64,000 bases of DNA from the NCBI GenBank assembly GCA_015680685.1, contig MNCI01001641.1:70843-134842 (forward strand), in the 5' to 3' direction. The position numbers and the translations under genes are program-made. Positions 24,771 to 38,641 of this stretch are shown here, in pieces. How positions within the stretch are numbered: position 1 is the first letter of the stretch; every line of letters begins with the position of its first letter. The notes beneath the pieces are model-generated. The model was not told the DNA's origin and ran no database searches. It saw nothing but the letters and a program-made list of their open reading frames with translations. Source of the stretch: Gnetum montanum (taxonomy: Eukaryota; Plantae; Gnetophyta).

Positions 24771-27700
24771 AGAAAATGGAATAGTTTCTCATGCTCCTTC
24801 TATATCTTGGTAAGAGATGATGAAAGACAAGGCACTTGCCATGCTTCTTGAAGTGGAGCTACCACCACCATCACCACCTATTGAAGAAACAACATTGGAG
24901 ACTCATGTAGTAATTGAGCACATGAGGAACCTCGATTAGCAGCTCCTACAACAACAATAAGGAGAACTAAGTGATGGAGAGCCCTTAGTCTCTCAACCAG
25001 CATTGAGTTAGCTTAACGAAGTAACATGAACCATCAACTAGCTAGAAGAGACTACATCATCATTTTCAACACAAAGGATGTAGGTACCTGCAAGATCAAA
25101 TCCAAGCATCCAAGAAATGATGGTATCCATCCCTAGACAACATTGATTCCTAGAGATATCTAGGAATTTTGCCACTTTCTTGGTGCACCTAGAGGAGGAT
25201 GAGGGGGTAACTATCCTAGTGATGCAACATCATGGATAGGAAACAGCAACATAGGTGTTGGTTGACTAAGTTGCAAAGGCCTTGAATGCTCCTACAATCA
25301 TCATGCCAAACATTTCTACATTCAAAGATGTACAAGTGTCTGTAGAAGTAGGAAGTAGGAGGCTAAGTGTAGCCTAACACAAGGAAGTGTTGGACCAACT
25401 GGTGGGAACAAAGCAACTACTAAAACACCACTAATTTTGGGCTCTTGTAGTTCAATGATAGATTTGTCTAAGTGTCAAAACTTGGGCAAAAGTTTTCTAT
25501 GTTTGGTGTCATGTTGTGCAGCATAGACAGCATAGCACACTAGGAGTCCTCTATTTGCAAAATTTTTCTAAGTTTTCCTACTACACTCCCTAGCACAGCT
25601 AGTGTAGCACATGCTTCCAATGCTAGTTTGTAGAAATGTCAAGCCACAAGCAATCAAGGATCACTTAGGATGGACCACAAAGTTTGGAAAATTTTCTATA
25701 TCTGCGGCTATCAAGCTCGCTATGCTCTTTAGCTTGCCTAGCTTGACACATGTCCCGGTTGCCAGTCCACCCAAGTACCAAGCTACGAGTTGTCAAAATG
25801 CTCAAGATGGATAAAATAGTTTGGCAAATTTTCTATCTTTTGGACCTGTCACACTCTACTACGCTGCATAGTGTAGATAGCGTAGCATAGGTTTTAGGGC
25901 CCAAATGTTTCCAAGTGTTGGATAAGAAGTCTCTTAAGCTATCTAGATATGGAAGATGCATTTGGTAATTTTCTAACTTCTGAGGCTACCTGTCCTACTC
26001 CACCCCCATGAAGAAACATTCCAAATTTTGGAAAAATTCACCAAAAGGTTGGTGCTATGCTCTGCTACACTATGCAACGTAGACAACATGACAAGCCAAA
26101 ATCTGCAAAAATTTTCTAAGTGTTCACGCTATGATCCATCATACTATGTAGCGTAGATAGCATGACACTTGGGAAATGCCTCCAAATGCCTCTAGGAGCT
26201 CCCAGAACTTGGCATCAACCTCCATTTCAGCTTCGACATCCTTCCAGTGGCCAAGATTTGTAGTTTTCTTTGCTTTTGCATCCCCTATTGATCCCTGAAA
26301 TTGTCCCTATGCTTGACCCTACTCAAAAGAGGGGGAAGACATAGTCCTAGAGTGTAGGCTCCAAGCTACATTCATTTTGGTACTATTTGTAGGTACATGG
26401 TAGTTCCTCAAACTTTGGCACATGCAGTCCAAGTGGTGTGGTCATAGTTTCGCAGATTCTTAGTTCTTGTTCCTATCCTACAGAGTCTTACACTTTAAGC
26501 TTAATGCTTAGAGCTTGACATTTTGAGTGTAGCATTGCAGAGTAACTTGTTCACACCCATGCTACATGGGACCCAAGCCATGTGGCATCCAATCCACATC
26601 TCACATCAACCCTAGCCCTATAAATACCCTAATAATTAGCATTTTAGAGGATTATTAGCAAATCATTCTAAGCATCAAGCATTAGAGCACTTGTAGCATC
26701 TTCATCACTCCTGCACTTGAGCACCCAAGCTTGACACCTAGCTGACTACTCTGACATAGTCTTCATATCATCTCACAACATGACAACTATAAGCTTGATC
26801 GGTCCAACCTCCTTTACAACTACCAGCATCATTTCTACAACATCCCAAAGATGACCACACCACCACGTTGCCCCACTATGCCTATCTGACACTACATACC
26901 AATTTCACACATTGATTAATCAAGAGTCACATTCCCCAATCTTGGGGTGGTGCATTTCTTCACTTTAACTCTCATTTCATTTTCCTTTAGCATTTGTTTC
27001 AAATTTTAGCATAATTTCCTACGTTTTCTACTACTAATACATATTTTTTCTTATTCACAATACTATTTTTTTGGTTTTTGCAAATAGTTATTGTTACACC
27101 ATATAAGTCCCTGTCTGATCAACTAGATCATTCAAGGCACCCCATTTCTATTTTCTCCAGTAGGACCCTCCCACAGACTTAGGGTTAGGCTGTACACCCA
27201 ATGACCTCTCAGTGTTCCAACCATTAATGTTTTTGGACATCACAACTACTTCTAAAGATCTTCAATCTTTTAGAAGAAATCACTACTACCTAGTTGAAGC
27301 CACTAGAGATCAAGGGCATGCTCTTCAATGTAAATGCCCAACTCAAGGCAACTATAATAAAAAATCGATGGCTAGCTACTGAAGTTACAAAACTAAGAGC
27401 CCACTTGATCAATCCTGTCATTCTCAACCAATCCATTATAAGGGATGAAGCTTTTCTACATCTTCAAAACAAATTAAAAGAGGCTAAGAATGTAAAGAAG
27501 ATGGTAGTCTTTAACATGTCCTTATCAAAGGCTCTTGTCATCAACACCGATAAGGACTTGTTGCAAGTCCTAAAGGAAAATCTAACTCTAACCAAAGACA
27601 TTCATCACCTACAAAATGTCGAGGAACAAAAAGACCAAATGGTCAATTTTATCAAACAATAGTAGGAGCAGCTCACCAAGGTAAACATGAATTTGAGAAC

Positions 27701-28334
27701 ATTGGATGTAGAGAACTGTAATCTCTTAAGGGAGAAAATTTAAGCACTTTACTAGAAGAATGTCCATTGAGGTAGTTGCCTAGAAGAATGAGGCCTTGAA
27801 ATTTGAATGAATGAAGAATCACTATAGAGACTAGGTTGGGCTCCTCAAGGAGGTAAAAAAAACAAAAATTTAGCTTGCAAAGGTAAAGATAAATGAAGCC
27901 CTCTTGCAACTTCAACAAAGAGGTGATGTATGGCAACCCATATTTGATGGATTAAATGTCTATAACAAAGTAAAGATCTACCTAAAAGAGTTTCAAATTT
28001 AAGGAGATAACAGAGTACATGAAGTTAGCCAACCTTCGTTATGCAAACTTGGTGAAGTTGACAGTTGAGAGGCCATGGTCAAAGCTGGAAAAGTAGGTGA
28101 TCGACTTGAACATCATTTATGAGAATGAGTTCAAGCATCAAAGGCACCAAGCAAAAGCTGAAAATAGCTAATGCAAAGCTTGAAGTTCTTAAGAGCTAGT
28201 TTATAGTTTAGTGATTAGTTTCTAAGAACTTGGCTAGAAGAATAAATGACTACCATGAGCTACAAAACCTCCTCAAGATGTTTGATGTTGAACATAAACA
28301 ATTCATAGCTTGGTTTGGCAATGTTAAGGAACTA
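24770..28334 (+). pseudogene. Inverted copy of the 3' part of B's accessory ORF, replacing gag-PR-RT(N)
   Basis: 24770-25420 plus 27250-28334 is the reverse complement of ~18510-19880; e.g. gagccc-ttagtctc and tgagcacatgaggaa mirror 19655-19730. Confidence 0.88.
25421..27244 (+). mobile_element. Solo LTR of a Tat-like family related to C
   Basis: Exact TSD ACTAC at 25416-25420 and 27245-27249. Start taaaacaccactaattttgg resembles the C LTR tgaaacaccaccaaatttgg. TATA ccctataaataccc near 26617. Ends ..catcaca. Confidence 0.85.
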
Positions 28335-31300
28335 TCCTCGACAACAGTGTCAATGATGAGCCAAAAGTAGTCCCTACATCCAACCATATAAATCACAAAC
28401 GTTACACTAGCGATCTGATCAAATTTTATGGACTTTAGCTCCTAAATGCACAATAGGCAAGTTAGTTTCTTAAAGACATGATCATTGTCTTCTTGGCTTC
28501 ACTTGTGGAAGTGCAAGTGTATGGTTAAGTGTAAGCCAAGGTACATGGTTTTTCTTGATTTTATATTTTATTTTATTTAGTGTAAGTGTGAAAAAAAGTA
28601 ATTAATCATGAATTAACTAATTAAATATTTAATGACTTAATATAATTATCCTAACATAAGTGTCTAGGCCCACCTTTGGTGCACATCCTAAACTCGTTGG
28701 AAATGCTACTAGGTTATCAAGGGTTAGGCTACTTTGTGAACCAAGCAATAACACTGTTGGGATTACCTAGCATAAAGATATGTTTGAGGTGATCATACTT
28801 ATGTATGATTATCAAGTGTATTAATTAGCTAAGGACATTATTGTAAAATGCATAAATAATAGAGTACATGAATGAAAAAATTAAGCTATTCTTAAGTGTT
28901 GCAATGAGTTCCAAGAATCTCATATTTATTTCTAGCACATCAAAGTGTTTAGGTACATTGATGTTTGAATAAGGATCCATACAATTCTTGAAGTCCTACT
29001 ATGGGTACTCTATAAAATATTCTAACTCTGGTGGAAGAAATCTGCAAGAACTCAACTACTTTATTGACTTAATGTGTCATAAAAGTAGTGGGTACACACA
29101 TTTATATAGGCAAAGATAGACACTATGTTGATGCATCTACCCATGCATCAATGAGAATACATCAACAAGACTATGATAATGGGGATATGTTGATGCATGC
29201 CCATTGATGTAGCCCATCAAGTGATTTATCACTAGCTAAGGCATGTTCATGTGATATTCATGTTACATTACCTAGGTGACACTTAGAAAATTTTTCTATC
29301 TTATGTATTCTGAAGCTAACGTATATTTGACTAAGGCAAGTGATGATGATATAGTAACATAATGCTTGCATCATATTGCATTTCATCATTTTGATGATAT
29401 TTAGCAAAATTTTCTATCTCATGTCTTTCAAAGCTAATGTATATTTGACTAATATAGGTGATGATGATGTAGTGATGTGATGCCCAAGTAGCATCATGTC
29501 ACATTGTATGAGTGAAAATTAAAAATATTTTTTATCTCATATCTCCCATCTCAAACTTGTGATGTATGTTGAAAATGTCACTAAGAAAAGTGAGAGATAG
29601 GCAAATCCAGAAGACATTCTACTAGTAAGAAAGACATTCTATGTCTATTTAAAGACTAGTGGCATATTTGAACACTCTACCATATAAGTCACAAGTATTC
29701 ATGCATGACCAGATCATAATCTGTGAATGGGCAATGTAAATATGCTAGGAGTTGATAGTAAGTTTGTGATCATTATCTTTCCACTTTGAGTTAGTGGATT
29801 TTAAGTGTATGGTTTAACTCTCAGTGAGAAATATGATAAGTTGATGTTGTTAGGCTCAAATTACTCCTAGTGGTAAATATGATTAGAACTAGAATAAAAT
29901 CTAAATCTAAGTAATACAAAAATTGAAAACTATTCTATTCTAGAGTGATGAGTATCTAGTCATCGTAAGTTAATCACATCTTGGGCTTATGTAATTGTTA
30001 CTAGGATTACCAAGTCATTTCACTACTAAGCCAATCAAGTGAAACTACTATTGGGTTACCAAATAATTACACTTAAACACTTGAAACTAGTTGTTCTCAT
30101 TCCGCTTTACTAATGAGCATGAAAAGTAAATTACTTGAAAATGTAAAGTGCAAAACTAAATTAAACATGGAAATTAAGTAAGAAATTAGCTAGCTAAACA
30201 AATAAAACTAAGTGGATGCTGCAATGATGAAAAATAGTCTCAATCTTTATTGTTGTTCATGACCCATGGCCAAGTACAATTCACTCAAATAAAGACTTTG
30301 TTCAACTACTTAACACCATACTATAGACATTCACTCTATCACTAACTATGAAATAAAACTACAAGATTTTTACTAAGGGGTGGAAGAAAATTGTTATTGC
30401 TTGTGCATCCAAGTATCAATATTTATAGGGCTACATAGTGTGGCAACCAAAAACATCAGCAAGTGGAACACCAAGGGGTTCATGGGTGTACAGTTTTAAC
30501 CCCAAGTTTGTGTGAGAGCTTGTTGGAGGTAGAGATAGGGTGCCCTGAATGGTCTTGTTAATCAAATAGGGACTTATTAGATGTAACCAGGGTGTAGTGT
30601 GGTTAGCCATGATGCTAATGCAAAATGGTGCTAAGTGTTCAAACAGTGTCAATAGTGTTAATGGTGTTAAGCGTAGTTACGTTTTTCGATGAAAACAAGG
30701 ATGTCAACATGTAGAAACAATTGCCCAAGCATAGTTGTAGGTGTAGCTATGTAATGAAATAGAAAAAAATAGAAATGAAATGCTAAAAATGCAAAGAGAT
30801 AGAGAGGTAGAAAACCTCCCCAAATTGGGTTGAGTGTAGTTAATACCAAATGAGGTTAGAAGGTACACAGGGTACAACAGGCATAGTGGAGAGTGCAATC
30901 ATAGTCTTAAACGTGTCTAGCTATGAGGACTAGTGCTTGTCAGGGTGTATGCATTTGTGAGGTTGGCCACTATGGTGTACCATGGGCTACAGTGTTCTAA
31001 TGGATTATGATGGGGTTGCAGTGGGGCTACTGTTGCTTGCAACTTTGTCAAATGCTAATCCAAAAAATTTGCCAACCCTTGATTTGCCAAAATGCCCAAA
31101 TTTTCCAACCTTCTTCAATTTTTCCAACCCCTAAAATGCTGAGGGCAGGGGTATTTATAAGGCTAGGTTTATCATGAAACATGGGATGGCTACCACATGG
31201 GAAAGGGAACGATTGGGACTATGCTATTATCCAACTATGCTTTATACTAAGGTTGGTGGTGTTGTGCTTTGTTGTGCTCTGCCAGAATTTGTGAAACTAC

Positions 31301-31479
31301 AAGACTGTAACTATGCTACCAACTACATGTATATGTGCCAAGAGGACCACAATGTACCTAAAAAATGCAACTTTGAAGACTACACTATCCATTATCTTCT
31401 ATGGGGTTGAGTGTAGTTATAATTTTGGGGACAAAATGGATACAAAAGAGATGCATTTTGCTAACTATGCTTGCTAAAA

Positions 31480-32050
31480 ATGAGTTGGAGTTGAGCTAAC
31501 TACTAGTACTATGTTGTGAAGGCCTTTAGAGGTTGTTCTAGCTAACTACGCATGCCTATGCTCTAGACTAGGGGAGAGCGTAGTTCCACACTTGAAAAAA
31601 ATTTGCAAAATATGACTATGCACTGAACATGCTCTACATAGGAGGCTGACTACACTCATAACTAGGGGTGAGCATAGTCTTAGCACTTGTCAAAACTTGT
31701 AGAAACTAACTTCTAGTTAACTATGCTTAACTATGCTTTGGGCTAGTGGAGAGCATAGTCTCAACACTTAGAAAAAATCTGCAAAAACTGGGCCTTCATG
31801 CTAACTACACTTGACTACACTCTAGGGCAGTGGGGAGCATAGTCTTAGCACTTAGAAAAGTTTACAATGGCTAGCTTGACACTTATGAAAATTTGCAAAA
31901 TTATCCTTTGTGTTTACTATGCTAACACTTAGAAAAATCTACAAAAACTAGGACTTCATGCTGACTACACTTAACTACACTCTAGGCTAGTGGAGAGTGT
32001 AGTCTCAACACTTAGAAAATTTTGTAAAAAATGGCCTCATGTTGACACTT
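31480..32050. repeat. Degenerate ~100 bp tandem repeats in U3 of the C LTR (also 39990-40380)
   Basis: Recurrent ctag..ggagagcatagtctcaacacttagaaaa..tgcaaaa. Confidence 0.8.
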
Positions 32051-33339
32051 TGACAAATTTATAGTTAGGATGCCATAGTCCAAATTTGGGGGTCTTTCAT
32101 TGGCCCCTCTTTGTTGATGTCTGGAGGAGTGGGCCAAGAGACATCAACAAAGAATAGAAAAACACCATAGTAGACTTGGCACCAACATCACTCTTCAATG
32201 TGAGATCAGATTTCATTGGACTATGCTTAAGAGTGCTGCAAATAGTGATATGTTTGGTAGCTGTTGAGAAGCAAGAGAAGGTGTAGGTGATGTGCTAGAG
32301 ATAAAAAAAAAGATAGGGTGCAAGTGGGGATATTGTGATGCAACAACCTCACGGCTAATGGTGATCAAGGTACTAGAGTGGCTTACCCTTGAAAATGTTA
32401 ACCTTTTATTAGAGTGTTTATAAGAGAGTCAATGTGGATTCAAGGCTAGGATAGTTGTGAAATTACTTTACTATTGGATTTTTTGGGAACATGCTTTTTT
32501 CCCTTTGCTTTTTTTTTCCTTTTTTCTTGTGAGAAAAACCTGTTTTAGGCTCTACATGTTGCTAAATGCTTACTATGAGGTGCTTTCCATTGAGTGGGCT
32601 GCATGCCACAAGATGGGCTTCACTTTACCATTGATGAAATAACATGGTGTCTATATGAAAGTTGTTTCTCCCTTGGGATGACTTATGTTACACCTACCTG
32701 GGCTTTGACTAGCCTATAGAGGCTTTCCATAGAATGACTTATGTTACATCCATCTTGGGAAGCTTGGTGTTTGATGAGATGTGCAAAGAGGATGTTGTGT
32801 GGTCACAACACATGAGCGTTAGGAGATTTGCAAGCTTTGCTATGTAGGGAATGAATAAGTAGTGGAATGTAGGAGTGGATGTGAGTAGGCTATAATGGGA
32901 TAAGCAAGATGTGCACTCTTGAGAGGCTCAACTAGTCCAATCATGCACATCATAGCAACATGGTGACTTGCCACTATGATGAGATGCACCTTTGCATGAC
33001 TACCTTGGGGCTTCTTCTTGCAAACATAACTCTAAGAAGACAAGAAAATCAAAAAATATGAAATGAAAATCAAATATAGAGGGCAAAGATGCTACAAGTG
33101 CTCCAAAGGCTACACTGGTTGCAGGTACTCAAAGAGCTAATAAAATGCAAGGGGGTGAAGATGTTGTAAGTGCTCCAAAGGCTACACTCATGGTAGGTGG
33201 TCCATTCATAAACATGTAGCTTGCTAACCCGCATAGTGTAGGAAGGGTGCAAGGGTGGTGCTTGCTCACTTTCTTGTAGGAGGATGGAAGGAATTATTAG
33301 TGGCTAACTGCCAAACTATCTTAAGGTCTTGGTAGACTG

Positions 33340-34590
33340 TCGCTTTACTAGTTTAAGGTCCTAGTAGACCATGAATGCAATTTAAGTTGCTGGCAAAAAA
33401 TGCTAACTTATAGTCCCAGCAAAGTACTATATGCTAGTTTTAACATCATAGTGGATGGATGTTATGCCAATTTAGCATTATAGTGGATCATCTATGCTAG
33501 TTTATAGGTAGATGTGCTATGCTAGTTTCTAGTCATACTAGACAACTATGCTAGTTTTAGCATCATAGTGGATGAGTGCTTACCTTGCTTTAGTGATGTG
33601 TAGTGCTACATGCTAAATGTAGTACAGCTTCAAGTATGGCGTATGATACTTTTATTGCATTTGCTATGAGTATGCGAGTCTAGGCCATTGTGAGCCATAG
33701 TAAGTCTATTGTTAGTTCAAAGCCTTGATGGGCCCCATGCTAGTTTAAGGCCATAGTAGGCCAATGCTATTTTTTGTCCATTTCAGGCCATGATGGTAGT
33801 TTTAGGCCATTCTGGGCTGTTCTGGTAGTTTAGGGTCATTCGGAGCCATTGTGTTGCCAGTTTAAGGCCATAGTAGCCCATTGGGTTGTAGAATTAAAGG
33901 CGATACTTTTAGGCCATTTTGGGTCTTTGCAGTAGTTTAAGGTCATTCCAAGCCATTACAATTGTTTAAATAGGATAGTTTTAGGCCATTTCAAGCCACA
34001 ATGTTAGAAGTAAAAGAGTTGCCAATTATAGGCCGTGGCGGGTTCCAGATTGCTAGTTTAGGACCATCCTAGCCCACAACATCACTAGTTTAAGGCCATG
34101 ATGCACTACAACATTGTCAGTTTAAGGCCATGGTGGGTCATAACATTGCTAGTTTAAGGCCATGGTGGGTCATAACATTGCTAGTTTAAGGCCTTGGCAT
34201 GCCATGTGTTTCTAGTTTAAGGCCATGACGAGTTGCAACTTTGCTAGTTTAAGGCCTTGGCAAGCCACATGTTACCAATTTAAGGCCATGGTGGGCTATG
34301 TGTTGCCAATTTAAGGCCTTAGCTTGCTGACACTACTAGTTTAAGGCCATTTTAGGCCATAGTAATATGATTAAAAGTGATATTTTTAACCCATTCCAAG
34401 CCATAGAAATAGTTTAAGGTCATTTCAGGCCTTGTTAGTAGGATTAAGGGGGTCAATTTAAGGCCATTTTGGGCCACTATAAGGGGATTTGAGAATGGTA
34501 GTTTTAGGCCATTCTAGGTCGCATGTTGCTAGTTCAAGGCCATGGTAGGCCACATGTCACCAATCTAAGGCCATGGCATGCCATCTATTG
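33340..34590. repeat. Tandem array of ~32 bp units in the 3' region of C
   Basis: Unit ctagtttaaggccatggtgggtcataacattg, near-perfect at 34115-34195 and increasingly diverged outward. Confidence 0.9.
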
Positions 34591-34899
34591 CTACCTCTTA
34601 TTTTTGTAATTTTAGCTTTTATGATTTTTATGTGTTTTGATGTTTTTTTATGCATGAAGGAAAATTCATTAAAGCAAAAATAGTAGAAATGTAAACTAAG
34701 CTATCAAATGCATAGACAATGCAAATAGTAAGCTAAGAGATTAAACAAAATGCAAATAATATGCTATAGTAGTAATGCAACATAAGTGGAAAGTAGAATG
34801 CAGGGTGTAGAGATGCGAATAGCAAGCAGGTTCCTAGCATGCTTTCAAACTAAGGAGATACCTTAGCTGCATAGTTGCTTCCTAACCTAGTGTAGATTA

Positions 34900-37800
34900 G
34901 GGGGTGCATAGGGCCTAGATTACACTATTTAGTAGTCTCATTGACCCTTACTTACTACATTGAAGGGAAATTCTACCCATAGGAAATCCTATAGGAGGTT
35001 AGTGGCTTCTACCATCTCTTTGGATGCATCAACCTCATGTGTTTCATCGTATACCAAAGGTGTGTCATCAAGGAATTCAAACTTCAACCCTTGCTCCATG
35101 TCTATGTTTTTGATAGCTAGAGGGTTGGCATTATTACTATGGATGATAACTTCACCACCTTCATATGGAAGGTGGATTTCCTAATGAATTAGGAAGGAGA
35201 TCTTCCATAATTGGGCCAACCATGGCCTACCTAATATCAAGTTAAAGCCAAGCATTTCCTCTATGATGATGAATTTTGCAATGATGGGGAATTGCTCCCC
35301 TACCACAAAGGCTATTATGATGGTACCCTTAATGATGATACATGATCCACTAAATGACTTCAGACATGTGGTTTTTGTTGGCTTGATTTGGTCCATGAGG
35401 CCTAACTTATTGACAACAGTGTATGAGATAACATTTGTTGCTACCCCATCATTGATGTGCACCCTCCAAATCTTGCATTACCTAACATGTATGGTGATAA
35501 ACATGGGGGTTGTTATGACATCACACTTCTCAAGGTCAACCTTAATTGTCTCATCATGAAACATGAGGGATGTGGAGCTTGATTCCTATAGTGCAGGAGG
35601 CAACATCACTGTGTGGATGGAATTCTCATCTATTGGGATGTCCTCCATGATAGGAATTATGGTCAACATCCACACTAGCACTTTGTGGTGGGCAAATGAG
35701 GTCATGATTAGGACATAGAGGCCCAACATTATTTTCTTCTATTTGAGTGCTTACTTAACCTAGGCTAATGCATCCACGAACTCTTTGCCATCAGTTGCAT
35801 TTTTATTGGGTTTGACTTCTTCCATATGTCCTAAGAGATAAATTTTACATGGAGGACACTTAGGCTTTGCTTTCTTGGCCCATTTGGAGGCCTCAATGCT
35901 TGGTTGTGGTTTGCTAGTTGTGGCCTTTTAGTTTCTTTGGCCATAGGGACTACAAAGATAGGGATTAGCTTTAATGGACCAAGTACTCTTTGGTCTAGTT
36001 GTTGCTTAGCTATTTCATCTATGAGGTGTTTTTTGGGCCTTTTGCCTTGCAATCAAGTGGGTTTACCCATGTTGCCAGTGGGGTTGGCCCTTGGATGAGA
36101 AGGGACTAATATATTGCCTAGTACTAGGCTTCAGGTAGGTAAGGGGCTAGCACATTGTGGCACCCTAACGACAAATGGTGGCTAAGCAGTTGTTGCGACA
36201 TGCTTTGAAATCCTAACCACAAAGGGTGTTGTGGCTACCCAAAGCGATGCTCTAACAACAAAAGGGAGCCTCAAACTTGTGGAGGCTAAGGGAACACTTG
36301 CACTACTAGAACACACTTGGACCACAAAAGGCTGCTACATTGGTTCTGACATACCACCCACGTTGATGGTGTTTATGATGTAGCTAGTACCATCCATGTT
36401 TAGAGGGTCATTATACACCATCATGGATTGGTTTTGGGGCTTAATTGGAGTTTTCATGTCAAGAACTAGTTTGCCCCTATCTATCATCCTTTGTAGATCA
36501 TCTTGCAAAGCTTGACATAAGTCCATGCTATGACCAGACAACTAGTGGTAATGATAAAATTGATTTAGCCTAAAGTGTTGTCAAAATAAGGGCTCATTTG
36601 GTGCTACTGAGGCAAGATTCCTCAATAGCTCATAGTACCTATTGTACCTTTTGCAGGCATCCTTAAACATTTGCTGATGTTGGATGTGCCCAACTTTCAA
36701 TAGTTGATCTAGTAGCTCTAAGGGTTTTAGTGGCAACAAGATATACTTCGAGAAATCCTTTCATTCAAAGTTTGACCTTTGGCCAACTTGTGTCATGGCC
36801 ACTATAAATGTAGGCGAGTTGGTAGCCTTAGTGCTAGAGTTGGTAGCTTTGTGAGCTAGGTCTTTGGGCTACCTAGCCATCAGCCCTCGATTGGTTTCTT
36901 TAGCATGTGTGGCTACCATTGCCACTATTGCATTATGCTTTCTTGCATGATGATTTTTGTAGGCCACATAGGTTAGGTCCTTGCTAGTTTGTGCTACATC
37001 TTCTATCCTCTTAGTTTGGGTAAAGGCCTAGCTTAGAGATTGCAAGCCTAAGTAGTACAGTTTTAACTTGATGAAGTCATTAACTGTGCCTTTGAAGATA
37101 GCTAAGAGGTGTGCCTTCAGTATCAGCTCTCGTATTTCATTTAACGAGGTGCTCCAACATTGGATGAACTTTTGCATAGGCTCTAAGTGGCCTTACTCAA
37201 TCTACATTAGCTAGTATAAGGTTTGCTTCTAGCTTGAAGTTATACAGGAATCATGTTATGAACGAGCTTAAGAGGTCTTCTAGAGAGGAAATAGAACCTC
37301 TAGGCAATGCTCAGTACTAGTCTAGTGCTTTGCTAGTTAGTGACACGACAAATACGTGCATGATGGTGTGCAACCATGCCTACAACAACAAGCACTTAGA
37401 CTTGAACATGACTAGGTACGTGTTGGGGTCTCCTTCATCATTGTTCTTGGAAAATTGGGGTAGTAGGATCCCAATTGGCAGAGTTAGTGGTGGGACCATA
37501 GAATTTATAGGATCATCCTGGTAGAAGTCCACCACCTTGATAGTTTTGAAGGAAGTGACTTTGAGTCACCTCACCTCCTTCATCAAACTTTGGATCAGCT
37601 GGAACACCTTATCCAAGTTTTGAGATGCACTAGTTAGTTACATTGGCTATGCTATCTATTGTGTTGGTTGTATAGCCCAAGGCCAAATTGCTGGTTGTGG
37701 AGCCACATGATGCAGTTGATGCATTGGTTGTGCTATAGGTGTGGTGACTAGGGCAAGCCATGCATGGATGGGTTGGACTAATGCCAAGGGCATTGATGAA

Positions 37801-38641
37801 ATAGGAAAGATGCAAGATGCTTGAGTAGTTTAGGGCCTAGAAATAGGCCCTGTATAAATGTAGGCTAAGCTGGCATGATTACTACTAGAAATGATGGCTA
37901 GGTAGGTTGAGATGATGCCACGAAGGACAAGTGGAATGGAGCTATTTTATCATATTGCATGTATTGCATCTAATGAATTACCACTACAAGCATCAACCTA
38001 AGCTTGATAGAGTGGGAGGATGATGTTGGTGTTATAACCATCTCAAGGAGGATGGATGAATTGAATCAAGAAGGGTTTGGACTAGGGATTGCTTGTTGGA
38101 AGATAATGGGAAAGGGACTCTTATGTTCAGAGCAAGCTTCAAACTCATCCACTTCCTCTTGTAAGGCTTCCTCATAGTTAATCCCTACATCGTGCTCACT
38201 TACTTGAATGAGCTAGGACAACAACTAGTGATGGGACTCTATCAGTAGGGTGATGTCAAATGAGGAAGGGATATACTCCCATACAACCCTACAAATTAAT
38301 TCAAAGTCCAATTTTGCCTCCATGTCAAGGCAATATATAGGCAACCCTACTTGGAGCATTGCACATATGAAGTTGTATTGCTTAGTACTGAGCATAATGT
38401 ACTCTAGGTCTTGATCACTTAGCCTAAGGAATTGCCTTGGCCCAACCATCACAAGATTCATAGGGTTGTCAATCTTGGCATCTTGTTGGATGGTAAAGGT
38501 GTTAAGTACATTTGAAACTAATGTTGAAGATAGATCTAGATTCATGATCATAGATTGAGTTGTGAAAGGAAGAGTTGTGCGTTGTTGGTTGCAGAGTACT
38601 GTGGATGACACTAAAACTAATCCTATTTCAACTAACACCAC
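34900..38641 (-). pseudogene. gag: Decayed gag-protease of C
   Basis: KFSKNNDEGDPNTYLVMF..VFVVSLTSKALD*Y*ALPRGSISS; FYHYH*LSGHSMDLCQALQDDLQRMIDRGKL (Tat/Ogre knuckle); protease INDGVATNVISY..FNLILGRPWL. No RT seen downstream. Ends approximate. Confidence 0.85.

Larger units (their letters stand above)
17179..29231 (-). mobile_element. Rearranged Athila-like element B
   Basis: LTRs 17179-18019 and 28354-29231. Exact TSD CTAGC at 17174-17178 and 29232-29236. PBS TGACACTGTTGTCGAGGA at 28335-28352 differs from the tRNA-Asp PBS TGGCGCCGTTGCCGGGGA only by transitions. Confidence 0.92.

Noticed and set aside
26320-26350. Internal PPT (aaaagagggggaaga) implying a chimeric or extended LTR
   Set aside because: It aligns with the gtggagagcatagtc repeat position in the related C LTRs, so it is probably a repeat variant.
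33340-34590. CRISPR-like array (constant core with variable spacers)
   Set aside because: The spacers are short and homologous to each other, there are no cas genes, and the array lies inside a plant retrotransposon. It is a diverged tandem repeat.
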